Shown piece after piece: positions 36,199 through 46,114 of a DNA stretch of 64,000 nt (the first letter of the stretch is position 1; each line of letters starts with the position of its first letter). Where the stretch lies: the IMG/VR virus record IMGVR_UViG_2882613001_000002, positions 22,773 to 86,772 of that record, one strand, 5' to 3'. The stretch is from a virus (taxonomy: Duplodnaviria > Caudoviricetes). The notes under the pieces are model-generated. The model worked only from the letters and a program-made list of their open reading frames with translations. It ran no database searches and was not told the DNA's origin. A program made the translations under genes and the position numbers.

Positions 36199-37151
36199 CA
36201 GGCCACTCCTGTGATGGTGAAGGAATATTCGTACTCATCCGGCAGATCCTCGCCCCACTTGACGGGCCCGAGGATGCCGAACTGCACGCTGGAGGCGCGC
36301 GTGGGGGAGCCGATGGCGGCCACCAGAGACCCGGAGTTGCGGTCCAGCTCGGGCTTGATCTGATCCCAGAGGGCTTTCGAGGCGACGACGCGATAATCCA
36401 TCTCGACCCGCGTCGGCCCCTTGGCCAGCGTCAGACTGCCATAGTCGTTGAAGCTGTAGCGGCTACCGCTGATCGAGCGTCCTTCGGTGCTGCCCACCTG
36501 CGCCGCGCCAATCGAGAGGCTGGCGCCCAGGAACAGCTCGCCCAAACTCACCCGACTGCCCCGCAGCGCCACGATCACGCGGCGTGTCGTACCCGGAATA
36601 TCCAGCACCACCAGCTTGTCGGAATAGGCCCCGAAGGGGGTGGAGAACCAGGCCCACCAGTCCCGCACCTGCCGACCGGACAAGTTGGTGTCCCGGTCCA
36701 GCAGCACCTTGTCGTTGATGTCGAGACAGATCAGCCGGGCGCTGCTGGCCCGCACCCCGAACAGGATCAGCGTATCGACCCCCGACAGCCCCGGCATGTC
36801 GAGGATGATCGGTGCACTCGCCGGATCAATCCCGAAGCTGGGATCGAGCCAGGGCACCTCGGCGTCGGGTTCCTCGAAGGCCACCGTGGCATTGCTCAGC
36901 ACCCCGTCGAAGCAGGCAAAGGCGTTGGTGTAGCGATCAAACACCCAGCGTGCCGCCACCACCGACTGATCCTCGACCAGCGGATCGAGGCCGAGGTTGT
37001 CCGGGATCGCCGACTGATAGATCCGGTGATCGCGCACCACCCGCGCGTTGAGCGGATAGGTCACGCCCGCAGCCCACGCCGGGGCATCCTCCTCGGGGAT
37101 CGAACAGCGCACCTGCCCCAGGTCCGGAGCAAACTTGCGTGAGATGAACAT
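36198..37151 (-). CDS. Putative tail-tip protein
   Basis: Directly after the tape measure gene; beta-rich. Confidence 0.6.
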   Translation of the reverse strand: MFISRKFAPDLGQVRCSIPEEDAPAWAAGVTYPLNARVVRDHRIYQSAIPDNLGLDPLVEDQSVVAARWVFDRYTNAFACFDGVLSNATVAFEEPDAEVPWLDPSFGIDPASAPIILDMPGLSGVDTLILFGVRASSARLICLDINDKVLLDRDTNLSGRQVRDWWAWFSTPFGAYSDKLVVLDIPGTTRRVIVALRGSRVSLGELFLGASLSIGAAQVGSTEGRSISGSRYSFNDYGSLTLAKGPTRVEMDYRVVASKALWDQIKPELDRNSGSLVAAIGSPTRASSVQFGILGPVKWGEDLPDEYEYSFTITGVA

Positions 37152-37154
37152 GGC

Positions 37155-40100
37155 TCAGAACTCCCTTTCAACAGGCATGCCGATTGTTTCCCAGCCCTCG
37201 ATCAGATCGACCAGGCGGCGCAGGGCGTTGGTTTGCGCGGTGTCGCCCTCACTCAGCCGTCCGAGGCTGGCGGCCAGCGTCACACCGGCGTCGCCTGCCG
37301 CATGCACATCCGCCGCATAGCCGCGCGCCTCGGCAATCGAGGCGATCCGGGCGTCGAACTCCGAGGCGTAGTAGCTGCCGAGGTCATATCCGCCGGAGAG
37401 ATCCGGCAGCCCCACCTCGGCCAGATCGGACACGCCGCCCTTCACCTTGACGAAGAGGTCCGAGAGCGACAGCAGCGCGGCATAGGTCTTGCGCCCCGCC
37501 TCGGTCATCAGATCCTGCCCGGTCACCAGGTCGCGGAACTGACGCGCCGTCTGCGGTACCGCCAGCCCGAGGGCGCCAAGACGCCGCCCCAGCTCCTCGC
37601 TGGCCATGCCGAGCTGCTCGCTTTCCGAGTAGAAGGTGTTGGTGAAGCTGGCGATCTGGCCCGACAGGCTGGAGAGGCCGCCCGCCGCGTTGATCAGCTC
37701 ATCGGACGCCCAGACCATGGCCTGCGCCGTGCCTGCAAAGCCCTGTCCCAGCGGCGTCAGCATCGCGCTCACATCCGCGAAGGCCGACCACAGGCCCCTG
37801 GTCCCGGCATCGAACTCCAGGAACTGATCAGAGAGCGCCAGCAGGGTGGCATAGGTCTTCTGGCCCGCCGTGGTCATCAGGTCCTGCCCGGTGACCAGGT
37901 TGCGGAACTCTTCCGTGGTCTTCGGCACCGCCAGCCCAAGCTCGGCGAACTGGCCATGCACCGAGGCGCTGACCATGCGGAAGCGCTCGGCGTCGGTGTA
38001 AAAGCCCTGCGTGAAGCTGGAGATCCGGCTTGCCAGCGTGTCGATGCCGCCCGCGATATCGGCCAGGGCATCCGCTGACAGGGCCATGTTCTGCAGCGTG
38101 CCGACAAAGCTGTGCCCGATGGGATCCAGCAGGGTCTTCAGCGTGGCAAAGTTCTGCAGGGCATCATAGCCAACCCCGGCAAAGGCCTGCGTGACCGTGT
38201 CGGCATAGCCCGCGAACCACGCCTCGACCTTGGCCTGCACCTCGGCCTCCGACATCCCCTTCGTGTCGATCTGGTCCAGGGCGACATCGACCCCGGCCAC
38301 CATGGATGTGGTGACGCCCGTGCCCGCCAACTTGAAGGCCTGGGCGACCGAGGCCTGCACCTCGCCCAGCTGATCGTCAAGCATGGCCTGCGTCGCCGCG
38401 TCAAAGCCCGCGAGGCTGGTCGAGGTGCGTTTCTTCAGACCCCACCAGCTGCTCTTGCGGGTGGTCTCGAAGGTGCCGCCCGCCAGACCGCCGCCCTGCA
38501 CGCCAAGCTGCAGGCCGGAGCCGATCAGCTTCCTGGAGGAAAAGCTCTTGATCAGCCCGATCCCGGCGGTCACCGCGCCGATGATCGGCATGGCGGCCGA
38601 GAGCGCGCTGCCGATCCCCGCCATCGACAGGCCACCGGCGAGTTCCGAGGTAACCGCGCCGAAGGCCGACGACAGGCCGCCGGTGATCGCGCCGATGCCC
38701 GCACCATCCTTGCCAAGCGAGGCCTGAAGCAGATCACCGAAGCCTTGCGAAGCGGCATTGCCCACGCCGGACTTGAGATCCCCGAGCGCCCCGGCAATGT
38801 CACCGGAGGCGAAGGAGGCCATGGTGCCCTGCACCGCCCGACCGAGATCGGTAACCTCCTCCTTCAAGTCCTTGATCGGGCTTTTGCCATTGCGGCCCAA
38901 GGTGCTGAGGTTCCTGTCGAGGTCGGAGACCGCATCGCCGCTCTCTTCCAGTGCCTTCGTCACGCCGACCGTGGCCGCCTCGACCTCCCCGGCCCCCGCC
39001 TCGCCGGTCTTGGAGGTTTCGGCCAGTGCCGCCTTCAGGGCGGCCACCGACTTGAGCGGTGCCTTGATACCCTCCGCCAGCTTGGCGTTCTCGGCCTGCA
39101 TGTTGCCGATGCTGCCCTGCAGCTCGTCAATCGCTGCCTGCGTGGCATAGACCTTTGCGCCTGCCGAGATCGCGGCATTGCCGACCGCGAGGTAGGCGTC
39201 ATCCATGAACGGCACATCGCGCAGCTGGTCTTTGATCCCATGCAGGAAATCAGCCCATTTTGTCTGCACCGCCACCAGCATCTTCAGCGCGCCGATCTCG
39301 ATGGTCTGCCAGATCTCCGCCATGCGGTTCTGCAGGATCTGTCCCGCGTCAGCGATGCGCGCGAAGGCTTCCGAGGCGACATCCTTGGCCAGGGCCAGCG
39401 CCGTGCCAAAGCCGCCAACGCGCTCCATCGCGCCCTTCAGCTTTACCCCGACATAGACGGCACCGGCGGCCAGTGCCGCAAAGCCTCCGACCATCAGACC
39501 GATAGGCGAGGCAATGGCGACCACCACGGGCAAGAGTGCCGAGGCCGCCGCCGCCATGCCGCCGAGCGCCAGCAGCGCCGGGCCGAGGCTGGCCGCCACC
39601 GCGCCGCCGATCACCACGAAGCGTTTCGTCTCCGGCGACAACCCCTGGAACGCGACGGCCATGTCGGAAACGCGCCCGGCGATGTCCGCCGCCACCGGCA
39701 GGACAATCGCCCCGACCTGTTCCATGGCATCGCCGATATCCATCATCGCGGCCTGGATCTGTCCCGAGGGCAGATCACGCAGCGCCTGCGCCTGACCGGC
39801 GTATTGCTGGCGCAGCGCCTCCAGGATCTTTTCCTGCGCGCCCGAGACATCCCCCAGCTCGACCATCGTCTTGATGGTGGCCTTCTGCTGCTCCGAGAAG
39901 GACACGCCGACCCGACTCAGCGCCGACAGGCCTTTCACCGGATCGTTCAACGCCTTGCCCAGCATGATCGCCGAGCTTTGCAGGTCCTGCCCAAGCGCCG
40001 CCGACATGTCGAGCGCCGCCTGCTGCGCCCCGACGAAGACCTCGCCGGTGACATTGCCGAAGGTCAGCATGGTGGAGGTCACGCGGCCGAGGATATCCTC

Positions 40101-40442
40101 ATCGCCGAACAGCGACGTGCCCTGCAGCCCGCTCGCCATGCTCTGCAACTGCTCGGAGGTGAAGCCCGCCGTCTGGCCCATCGAGGCCAGCGCCGCATCG
40201 ACCTGTGCCACCGCATTGGCCTGCACCCCCTGCAGGTTCATCGACTGCTTGGCAATCGCCACCAGCGGCGCCGTCAGCCCGAGCGACATCCGCCCGCCAA
40301 TCTTGCCGAAGTCCTTCGCCAGCCCGGAGAAGTCCTTTTGCATGCGGCGCATGCTCAGCGTCGCCTCGGATGCCCCCTTGTGGAACTGCGCCGAGTTCAT
40401 GCCGAGATCGACGCGCAGCGCGCCGATGATGCCCTTGAACAT
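37155..40442 (-). CDS. Tape measure protein
   Basis: 1095 aa, Ala/Gly-rich, LRVDLGMNSAQF start, LGKALNDPVKG motif and internal repeats. Confidence 0.9.
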   Translation of the reverse strand: MFKGIIGALRVDLGMNSAQFHKGASEATLSMRRMQKDFSGLAKDFGKIGGRMSLGLTAPLVAIAKQSMNLQGVQANAVAQVDAALASMGQTAGFTSEQLQSMASGLQGTSLFGDEDILGRVTSTMLTFGNVTGEVFVGAQQAALDMSAALGQDLQSSAIMLGKALNDPVKGLSALSRVGVSFSEQQKATIKTMVELGDVSGAQEKILEALRQQYAGQAQALRDLPSGQIQAAMMDIGDAMEQVGAIVLPVAADIAGRVSDMAVAFQGLSPETKRFVVIGGAVAASLGPALLALGGMAAAASALLPVVVAIASPIGLMVGGFAALAAGAVYVGVKLKGAMERVGGFGTALALAKDVASEAFARIADAGQILQNRMAEIWQTIEIGALKMLVAVQTKWADFLHGIKDQLRDVPFMDDAYLAVGNAAISAGAKVYATQAAIDELQGSIGNMQAENAKLAEGIKAPLKSVAALKAALAETSKTGEAGAGEVEAATVGVTKALEESGDAVSDLDRNLSTLGRNGKSPIKDLKEEVTDLGRAVQGTMASFASGDIAGALGDLKSGVGNAASQGFGDLLQASLGKDGAGIGAITGGLSSAFGAVTSELAGGLSMAGIGSALSAAMPIIGAVTAGIGLIKSFSSRKLIGSGLQLGVQGGGLAGGTFETTRKSSWWGLKKRTSTSLAGFDAATQAMLDDQLGEVQASVAQAFKLAGTGVTTSMVAGVDVALDQIDTKGMSEAEVQAKVEAWFAGYADTVTQAFAGVGYDALQNFATLKTLLDPIGHSFVGTLQNMALSADALADIAGGIDTLASRISSFTQGFYTDAERFRMVSASVHGQFAELGLAVPKTTEEFRNLVTGQDLMTTAGQKTYATLLALSDQFLEFDAGTRGLWSAFADVSAMLTPLGQGFAGTAQAMVWASDELINAAGGLSSLSGQIASFTNTFYSESEQLGMASEELGRRLGALGLAVPQTARQFRDLVTGQDLMTEAGRKTYAALLSLSDLFVKVKGGVSDLAEVGLPDLSGGYDLGSYYASEFDARIASIAEARGYAADVHAAGDAGVTLAASLGRLSEGDTAQTNALRRLVDLIEGWETIGMPVEREF

Positions 40443-40445
40443 GGA

Positions 40446-40823
40446 TCAGGCTCCTTTCTGCTTGGCGGCCTGCCGTTGCGCGACCCGGCCCGCGAAGTAG
40501 GCGCTCAGCTCGGCGTCGCTCGATCCACGATGGCGACGGCCATCGAGGAACGCGGTGGGTTTGGGGAACTGTTTCGGGGCATGGGTGGCGATCATCATCA
40601 GCTGGCCGAGGCTGTAGATCTCGCCCCGGCGCTGCCGCATCGCACGCTCCTGCCCGAGCAAGACCCCGGACAGGATCAGATCGACTTCCCGCAACGTCAG
40701 CCGCCCGAACAGCGCATAGGACTGTCCGGCGGCGATCCATTGGCGGATCAGCTCTTGCCAGTCGATACCGGTTCGGCTTTGGCCCTGGCGGGGGGATCGG
40801 CCTTCTCGGCCTGCGGCTTTCCC
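40446..40823 (-). CDS. Tail assembly chaperone C-terminal extension (GT-like, reached by -1 frameshift)
   Basis: The -1 frame opens at G GGA AAG (40817-40823) and runs through ...LTLREVDLIL... up to the TMP gene. Confidence 0.7.
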   Translation of the reverse strand, partial: GKAAGREGRSPRQGQSRTGIDWQELIRQWIAAGQSYALFGRLTLREVDLILSGVLLGQERAMRQRRGEIYSLGQLMMIATHAPKQFPKPTAFLDGRRHRGSSDAELSAYFAGRVAQRQAAKQKGA

Positions 40824-41167
40824 GCCGATCCGTCCTCCGGCCCGGCAAACGCCAGGCTGACGGCACTGCCCACGGCGGCGACGGAGGCGTTGATGCCGCA
40901 GGCATCGATGACCGCCCCGGCTTCGCGCTCGGTGATGCCGTCGTGATGGGTCATCAACCCGCACCATACAAGGCGGCGCAGCACCGACGGGTTGAGCTTG
41001 CCGCCCTGCACCTCTTCAAAATAATCCTGCACGGATTGGAATTCCTTCCCCGTCAGGGTCTCGTATTCGATCATCGCGTTGATCGAATAGGCCAGTTTCC
41101 AGCCAGTGCCAGTGCCTGGGCCGCTGCCGGTTTTCGGTTTCAGGGGCACGTGGTTTTGCATCGTCAT
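40748..41167 (-). CDS. Tail assembly chaperone (G-like)
   Basis: Between the tail tube and TMP genes; L.YSINAM..YE and AF....GK motifs. Confidence 0.75.
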   Translation of the reverse strand: MTMQNHVPLKPKTGSGPGTGTGWKLAYSINAMIEYETLTGKEFQSVQDYFEEVQGGKLNPSVLRRLVWCGLMTHHDGITEREAGAVIDACGINASVAAVGSAVSLAFAGPEDGSAGKPQAEKADPPARAKAEPVSTGKS

Positions 41168-41232
41168 GTCGGGATCCTTTCAGGGCGCGTGGGGCGTCAT
41201 GCCGCCACGGCAACAAAGAGATCGCCGCCGCA

Positions 41233-41652
41233 TCACGCGGCGGCAGTGAACTCGGTTTCGCCGGAGGTCTTGCCGGAGATGGTGAAGGTTGCATCGGCGT
41301 CGAGCTGATCGAGACCCGCCACCTCGACCACCGGGGTGATCATCCGGCAATCAAAGGCATCGCCATTGGCCAGCGTGATCCGGTAATAGGTGCCGCCCGG
41401 ATTGGCCTCATCCGCCTTGGCCGCCGTGAAGCCTTCGGAGGTGTAGAGGCAGGAGATCGACAGATCGCCGGGTTCGGCAAAGCCGGTCCCGTATTCATGG
41501 ATCTTGGCCGGGCTATCCAGCGTCGTTCGCTGGCGGGTGTTTTTGGTCAGCGTCGGCACGCTGACCCCCGTGACCTTGGCGACAGGGGTATAGGTCAGGC
41601 CATCGGGCGAGCGTTCGACTTTGCCGCCCCAAAGCTCGGTTTCACCGGACAT
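41233..41652 (-). CDS. Major tail tube protein
   Basis: RTTLDSP...Y..G..EPG pattern and position. Confidence 0.8.
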   Translation of the reverse strand: MSGETELWGGKVERSPDGLTYTPVAKVTGVSVPTLTKNTRQRTTLDSPAKIHEYGTGFAEPGDLSISCLYTSEGFTAAKADEANPGGTYYRITLANGDAFDCRMITPVVEVAGLDQLDADATFTISGKTSGETEFTAAA

Positions 41653-41687
41653 GGAGTTTCCTTTCTGTGATGTGGTGTGGTGTTGGA

Positions 41688-42140
41688 TCAGGGTTTGCGC
41701 GCAGCGCGGGCGGCCTTGCGCTCGGCCCGCGCCACGGATTTGGCGACTTCCGTCGTCATGTCGTTCCGGATCTGCTCGAAGATCGGCTGCTGCGTCTCGT
41801 CCCAGGCGGGACGTGCATGCGGCTGTGCGCCGTGCCGCGCGTTGCCGAACTCCTGCTGCAGCCCCGCCGGATCATTGGTGCCCGCGTACATGAACACGTC
41901 ATCGCGCCCTTCGCGGCGGGCCTGTCTGGCTTGGCTTTTATTGAGCTTCGTGCCCGCGCCATAGCTTTGCTCCAGCGCGCCCTGCGCCCCCTCCGGGGCC
42001 AGGGCATTGGCACGATCCGCAAAGAGCTGCGCGGCGCGCTTCAGCACCCGCCGAGCGACGCTCTTGCGCGCGGTGTGTTTGGGCAGCGCCTTCAGCGCCT
42101 CTTCCAGATCGCGCCCGCCCTTGAACGCCATCTTGATCAT
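41688..42140 (-). CDS. HK97 gp10-like tail completion protein
   Basis: QEFG...HGAQPHARPAWD motif. Confidence 0.8.
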   Translation of the reverse strand: MIKMAFKGGRDLEEALKALPKHTARKSVARRVLKRAAQLFADRANALAPEGAQGALEQSYGAGTKLNKSQARQARREGRDDVFMYAGTNDPAGLQQEFGNARHGAQPHARPAWDETQQPIFEQIRNDMTTEVAKSVARAERKAARAARKP

Positions 42141-42538
42141 GGCACTCTCCAGCGGATGGTGACGTCCATCGAGGCCCCGAACAGCGCCGAGAGGTCGCCG
42201 AGGTCACGCCCCGAGAGATCGCGCGATCCGGACACGAAGATCCGGGCAAAGGTGACACCGGCCCGCGTGCCGCGATAGCCCGAGAGACAGGCGCGCACAT
42301 CCCATCGCAGCTGCTCGGCCTCCAGCGCCGTGCTCGCCCAGGCATCGATCTGCACAGTGCTGGTCGAGGTCGCCGCCTCCCCGTCGAGCGTGTAGTCCAC
42401 CGGCGCGCTGACCAGCGTCAGGTTGAGGTAGGGCAGTGCCGCCGCATGCGCCGGCAGCACGCCCCAATGGATCCGCGACCCTACCCGCGCGCCCAGATCG
42501 GGATCGGCCAGCAGCAGCGCCGTCAAAGCCGCCTTCAT
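42137..42538 (-). CDS. Tail terminator (DUF3168-like)
   Basis: LPY..L..VS, VQIDAWA and L.GYRG motifs. Confidence 0.8.
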   Translation of the reverse strand: MKAALTALLLADPDLGARVGSRIHWGVLPAHAAALPYLNLTLVSAPVDYTLDGEAATSTSTVQIDAWASTALEAEQLRWDVRACLSGYRGTRAGVTFARIFVSGSRDLSGRDLGDLSALFGASMDVTIRWRVP

Positions 42539-42921
42539 GGCGCACCGTCTGAGGCGTCATAGCGCGCGCCGACAAAGGCATAGATGCCGCGCCGGGTGCT
42601 GTGCGGCCCCCGCCCCACCAGATCCCAGGTCTGCCCGAGGATCCGCAGCCGGTCAGCCAGCGTGATGCTGCGCGCCTGCGGCGTGTCCAGCACCAGCACC
42701 CGGATCGCGGCAACCGCGCCCTCGACCCCCTTGGCCGCAACCTCGCCCTCGCCCACCTCTTCCACCGCCGCCCAGGAGGTGCCAATCGGCTGCCACTGGT
42801 AGATCGGTTCGTTCAGCGGATTGCGCCCGGTCTCGGCGCGGCGTTCGAACACCGCCTTGCGGTCGCGGATGATGATGACTTCCTTGCCGCGCGACAGCGG
42901 CGCGCCCTGTGTCTGCGCCAT
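42535..42921 (-). CDS. Head closure / head-tail adaptor
   Basis: WAAVE and DRL...G..WD pattern; position. Confidence 0.75.
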   Translation of the reverse strand: MAQTQGAPLSRGKEVIIIRDRKAVFERRAETGRNPLNEPIYQWQPIGTSWAAVEEVGEGEVAAKGVEGAVAAIRVLVLDTPQARSITLADRLRILGQTWDLVGRGPHSTRRGIYAFVGARYDASDGAP

Positions 42922-42922
42922 C

Positions 42923-43492
42923 TCAGCCTTCCTCCGTCACCAGGGGCCGCGTGTAGCGCGCCTGTTTCATCAGGGCCCGGCAGCCGAAGCTGGCGCGGGT
43001 GTATTCTGTCTGATCGATGGCGATATTGGCTTCGCGCCAATCCTTCACGATCAGGATGATGGCCTGCGCCAGGCGCGGATCGGGCACGGCGCTGCCGACC
43101 CTGGCCTCGACCTCCAGCACACCGCTGCCGCCCGCCGGGATCACACCCGCCGGGAACAGGAGCTGCGGTTCGTCATGCAGCATGCGTGGCGCGACATCAG
43201 CGGGCGCAATCGCGATCGCCGCCGCACCACGCAGAAACCGCAGCGCCGTGATCTCGGCCACCGGGGCGCAAGGAAACCACCAGCGCCGCAGGCGCGGGCT
43301 GACCTCGGCCGAGAACCGAACATCGCGAAGCCCCAGAGGCCGGTTTGTCCCGGCCTCGACGACATCCTGCGCGGCGCGCAGATAGCTCTCGACCAGCAGA
43401 TCCGCCTCTGCATCCGGCTCGATGAAGCCGGTGGCGCGGCGATACTCTGCCACGCTCACCGCCAGCGCCGGGGCCTCTCCGATCCCCTGCAT
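42923..43492 (-). CDS. Head-tail connector protein
   Basis: YLRAA...VE..T.R.L and AI.L.V..W.E.R motifs. Confidence 0.75.
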   Translation of the reverse strand: MQGIGEAPALAVSVAEYRRATGFIEPDAEADLLVESYLRAAQDVVEAGTNRPLGLRDVRFSAEVSPRLRRWWFPCAPVAEITALRFLRGAAAIAIAPADVAPRMLHDEPQLLFPAGVIPAGGSGVLEVEARVGSAVPDPRLAQAIILIVKDWREANIAIDQTEYTRASFGCRALMKQARYTRPLVTEEG

Positions 43493-43501
43493 GGCGCGCC
43501 C

Positions 43502-43876
43502 TTACGCCTTTGGCTCGGGCTTGGCAGCGGTCTTGCCGCCCTGCGCGGGTGGGCTTCCAGCCTCGCTGCCGGTCACCGGTTTGGTGGCGGCGTCGGTCTT
43601 GCCAGTGTCGGCAGGCTTGGCCAGCGCGGACTCGCGTGCGGCCAGCGCCGCCTCACGGGCATCGAGGTCAGCCGCCCGGCGCGCCACATCCTGCGCCGCC
43701 TGTGCCAACGCCATCGCCTCGGGATCGGCGCTGGCCGCTACGGCCTTGGTCGGGGCGCGATAGGCCACGGCCACGCCGCTGGCGATCAGCTGCGCGGCGC
43801 GCTGCGGCAGGAAGCCCGCCACCTCGCCACGGTTATATTTGCCGGAGTGCTGGCGGAATTGAACGGGGGTCATCAT
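43502..43876 (-). CDS. Small protein after the capsid gene
   Basis: YNRGEVAGF...A..LIASGVA pattern. Confidence 0.65.
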   Translation of the reverse strand: MMTPVQFRQHSGKYNRGEVAGFLPQRAAQLIASGVAVAYRAPTKAVAASADPEAMALAQAAQDVARRAADLDAREAALAARESALAKPADTGKTDAATKPVTGSEAGSPPAQGGKTAAKPEPKA

Positions 43877-43940
43877 CTCGGGATCTCCTGAGAAAGGGGA
43901 AAGGAAAGCCCGCGCCGGGTGTACCGGCGAGGGCGTAGGG

Positions 43941-43995
43941 TCACGCCGCTTGCAGCGGATCAGGCCGCTTGCAGCGGTCAGGCCGCTTGGAGCGA
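43941..43995 (-). repeat. Three tandem 18-19 bp copies of the capsid-gene 3' end
   Basis: TCGCTCCAAGCGGCCTGA / CCGCTGCAAGCGGCCTGA / TCCGCTGCAAGCGGCGTGA. Confidence 0.8.
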
Positions 43996-45321
43996 CCAGT
44001 CGGCGGCATTGAAGCCCGCAATCGCCTCGTCATGCTCGGGCGCGAAGTCGTGTTCCGTGATCGCGCGGAACAGCGTCAGGTCGTTCTGGAAGGCCGACTG
44101 CGTGTCGCCGCTGGCATCGACAAAGGCCGCCTCGGTCGACTGCGCGATCCGCATCTCGCCGCCTTCGCCGATCATCATCTCCGAGAAGTCGGCAAAGGTG
44201 ATCTCGGTCTCATTGCCACCCACCCCAAGGTTGTTCGGGATCTGCGACGTGGTGTAGATCGGAAAGCCCTTCAGCGTGCCCTTGGCGTCGATCTCCGGAT
44301 ACAGCAGGTTGCCGTTGGCATCGCGCAGGCTGGCCAGCCAGGACTTGGCCCCGGCGCGCATCGTCCAGCCGGGCGTGATCATCGAGACATTGGCATCCTC
44401 GACCAGCGAGACCGCGCGCCGGATCGCCAGATCGGCGGCATTGGCGGTCGCCGCCACCGGCCCGGCGTCCCAATGTGCGGGCAGCGCCCAGTAGCGCAGA
44501 CCTTTCGGCAGATCGCCCGAGCCGTCATTGCGCAGAAACGCCAGATCCTCGCGCAGCGCCATGACCTTCAGCATGTCGTCGCGCACCACCGTCGCCGTGC
44601 CGATGGTGGCCCGGTTCAGCAGCGTATTGGACACCGGCACCAGGGCGCGCAGCTTCTTCAGCGTGCGGTCGATCTTGTCGAAGCTCGGCTCACTGGGTTC
44701 AATCGGATCCATCTCGCCGCCGTAGCTCGCCGTCGCGCCGCCGGTCTGCTTGGCATGGCGCAGCTCGCCCGCCGACATCGGCACCGTGCGCGCCCCCGCC
44801 TTGCGCACCACGACGCGCGGGCGCAGCAGCTCGATCATCTGCGCCGCCATCGGGCGCGGCACCAGCACGCCGCCCGCGCTCTCCGAGGTGCTGTTCAGCG
44901 CGGCACCGATCCCCGAGTGGCCATCGCGCTCCAGCTGCGCCACCGCGCGCGTCACGTCGCCCCGGTTCGCCGCCAGGGCCAGCGCCATGAAGCCGACCTC
45001 CAGCCCCTGGTGCGCCGGGTTCTGCGCCTGCGCCGGGGCCGTCTGGCCACCCTGACCGCCCGCGCCCTGCCCCGCGGTGCCCTGACCGGCGTCGCCGGTC
45101 GCCGCTGCGGCCTGCGCCGCTTCAACAGCCTCCATGCGCTTCACGGCACGGTCAGCGGCCTGGAAGTCGGTCTCGGCGGTGTCGAACTCGGTCTGCGCGG
45201 TGGCAAGCGCCGCGTCGTCAGTATCGGTTGCGCCTTCCAGCTCGCCGAGCGTCACTGCCATTTGCTGCATTTTCTGGGCCGCTGCTTGGCGAGCGCGGCG
45301 CAGGTCATCGAGGTTCTTCAT
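43978..45321 (-). CDS. HK97-family major capsid protein
   Basis: Coiled-coil delta domain, GGVLVP and EDLAFL..DG...PKG motifs. Confidence 0.95.
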   Translation of the reverse strand: MKNLDDLRRARQAAAQKMQQMAVTLGELEGATDTDDAALATAQTEFDTAETDFQAADRAVKRMEAVEAAQAAAATGDAGQGTAGQGAGGQGGQTAPAQAQNPAHQGLEVGFMALALAANRGDVTRAVAQLERDGHSGIGAALNSTSESAGGVLVPRPMAAQMIELLRPRVVVRKAGARTVPMSAGELRHAKQTGGATASYGGEMDPIEPSEPSFDKIDRTLKKLRALVPVSNTLLNRATIGTATVVRDDMLKVMALREDLAFLRNDGSGDLPKGLRYWALPAHWDAGPVAATANAADLAIRRAVSLVEDANVSMITPGWTMRAGAKSWLASLRDANGNLLYPEIDAKGTLKGFPIYTTSQIPNNLGVGGNETEITFADFSEMMIGEGGEMRIAQSTEAAFVDASGDTQSAFQNDLTLFRAITEHDFAPEHDEAIAGFNAADWSLQAA

Positions 45322-45595
45322 GGGGGTTTCCTTTCAAAGAGCTGCGCGCACGCAGCAGTGCAGCCCCGGCCGCAAGCTGCGGCCGGGGTGTGGGGTGAAG
45401 AAAATTTTGGAGTCGATCAGAACGCTGTACGTGCGCGGCTGGCATGCGCCAGTTCACTGAGAGATGGATGGGGACCGAAACGTACCTTCAAGCAGCGAGA
45501 CGCAAATGGCTGACTCGAACCGTTCTGCCAGAGGCTGCGCCCCTACTGTCCCCCGCCTCCGACAACTTCTCGTCGCATGCCAATGGACGGAAGAT

Positions 45596-46114
45596 CTATA
45601 AACTATCTCGCGCAGCCCGCGAAATCCTCCAACCATTCGGAAGCCGTTTGTCGAGAGTCGTTTTTTCTAATTCAAAACACAACCATTCAAATTGCTCATA
45701 CACTCGGTCGGATTTCGCTATCTCGCGGCGAACCTGAATATATGGCACCAATTCTATATAGTTGTTTCGAAGTGACTTCGAAACTGCTCGATTAACAACA
45801 TCAAAATTGTAGACGCATTGGCGAACTCCGACGGAAAGCCGCTCGCAAACCGTAAGATATCTCGTGATGATGATGAGGTCTTCTGGTTCAAGGTTCTCAG
45901 GAGTTGCCAAGCGTACCCTATTGTCTCCGTGCCTCAACCACTCCATGAATTTCCTGACGTCCTCATGGTATGTCGCCAGAGCATTCAAGGTTTCGAGTTT
46001 CGACGATTGCACCCGTTGAATCTTTGTTTCGCGTGCCACCCGATAAACTTCATAGGCTACAATGATCGTCGCTACGATTTGAACCGCGTCGCTTAACTCA
46101 ATATTCAGTTCCAA
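45596..46114 (-). CDS. DUF4760-like moron protein with an N-terminal TM segment
   Basis: Low GC; L..CE..S.GV....Y.F and YI..RR......YEQFEWL pattern. Confidence 0.6.
   Translation of the reverse strand: MELNIELSDAVQIVATIIVAYEVYRVARETKIQRVQSSKLETLNALATYHEDVRKFMEWLRHGDNRVRLATPENLEPEDLIIITRYLTVCERLSVGVRQCVYNFDVVNRAVSKSLRNNYIELVPYIQVRREIAKSDRVYEQFEWLCFELEKTTLDKRLPNGWRISRAARDSL

Noticed and set aside
37400-38000. Duplicated LAVP...LVTGQDLMT..G.KTY..LL segment in the tape measure protein
   Set aside because: Internal repeats are ordinary for tape measure proteins.
38112-40946. 944-aa plus-strand ORF
   Set aside because: Antisense shadow of the tape measure gene caused by high-GC codon bias; no motifs.
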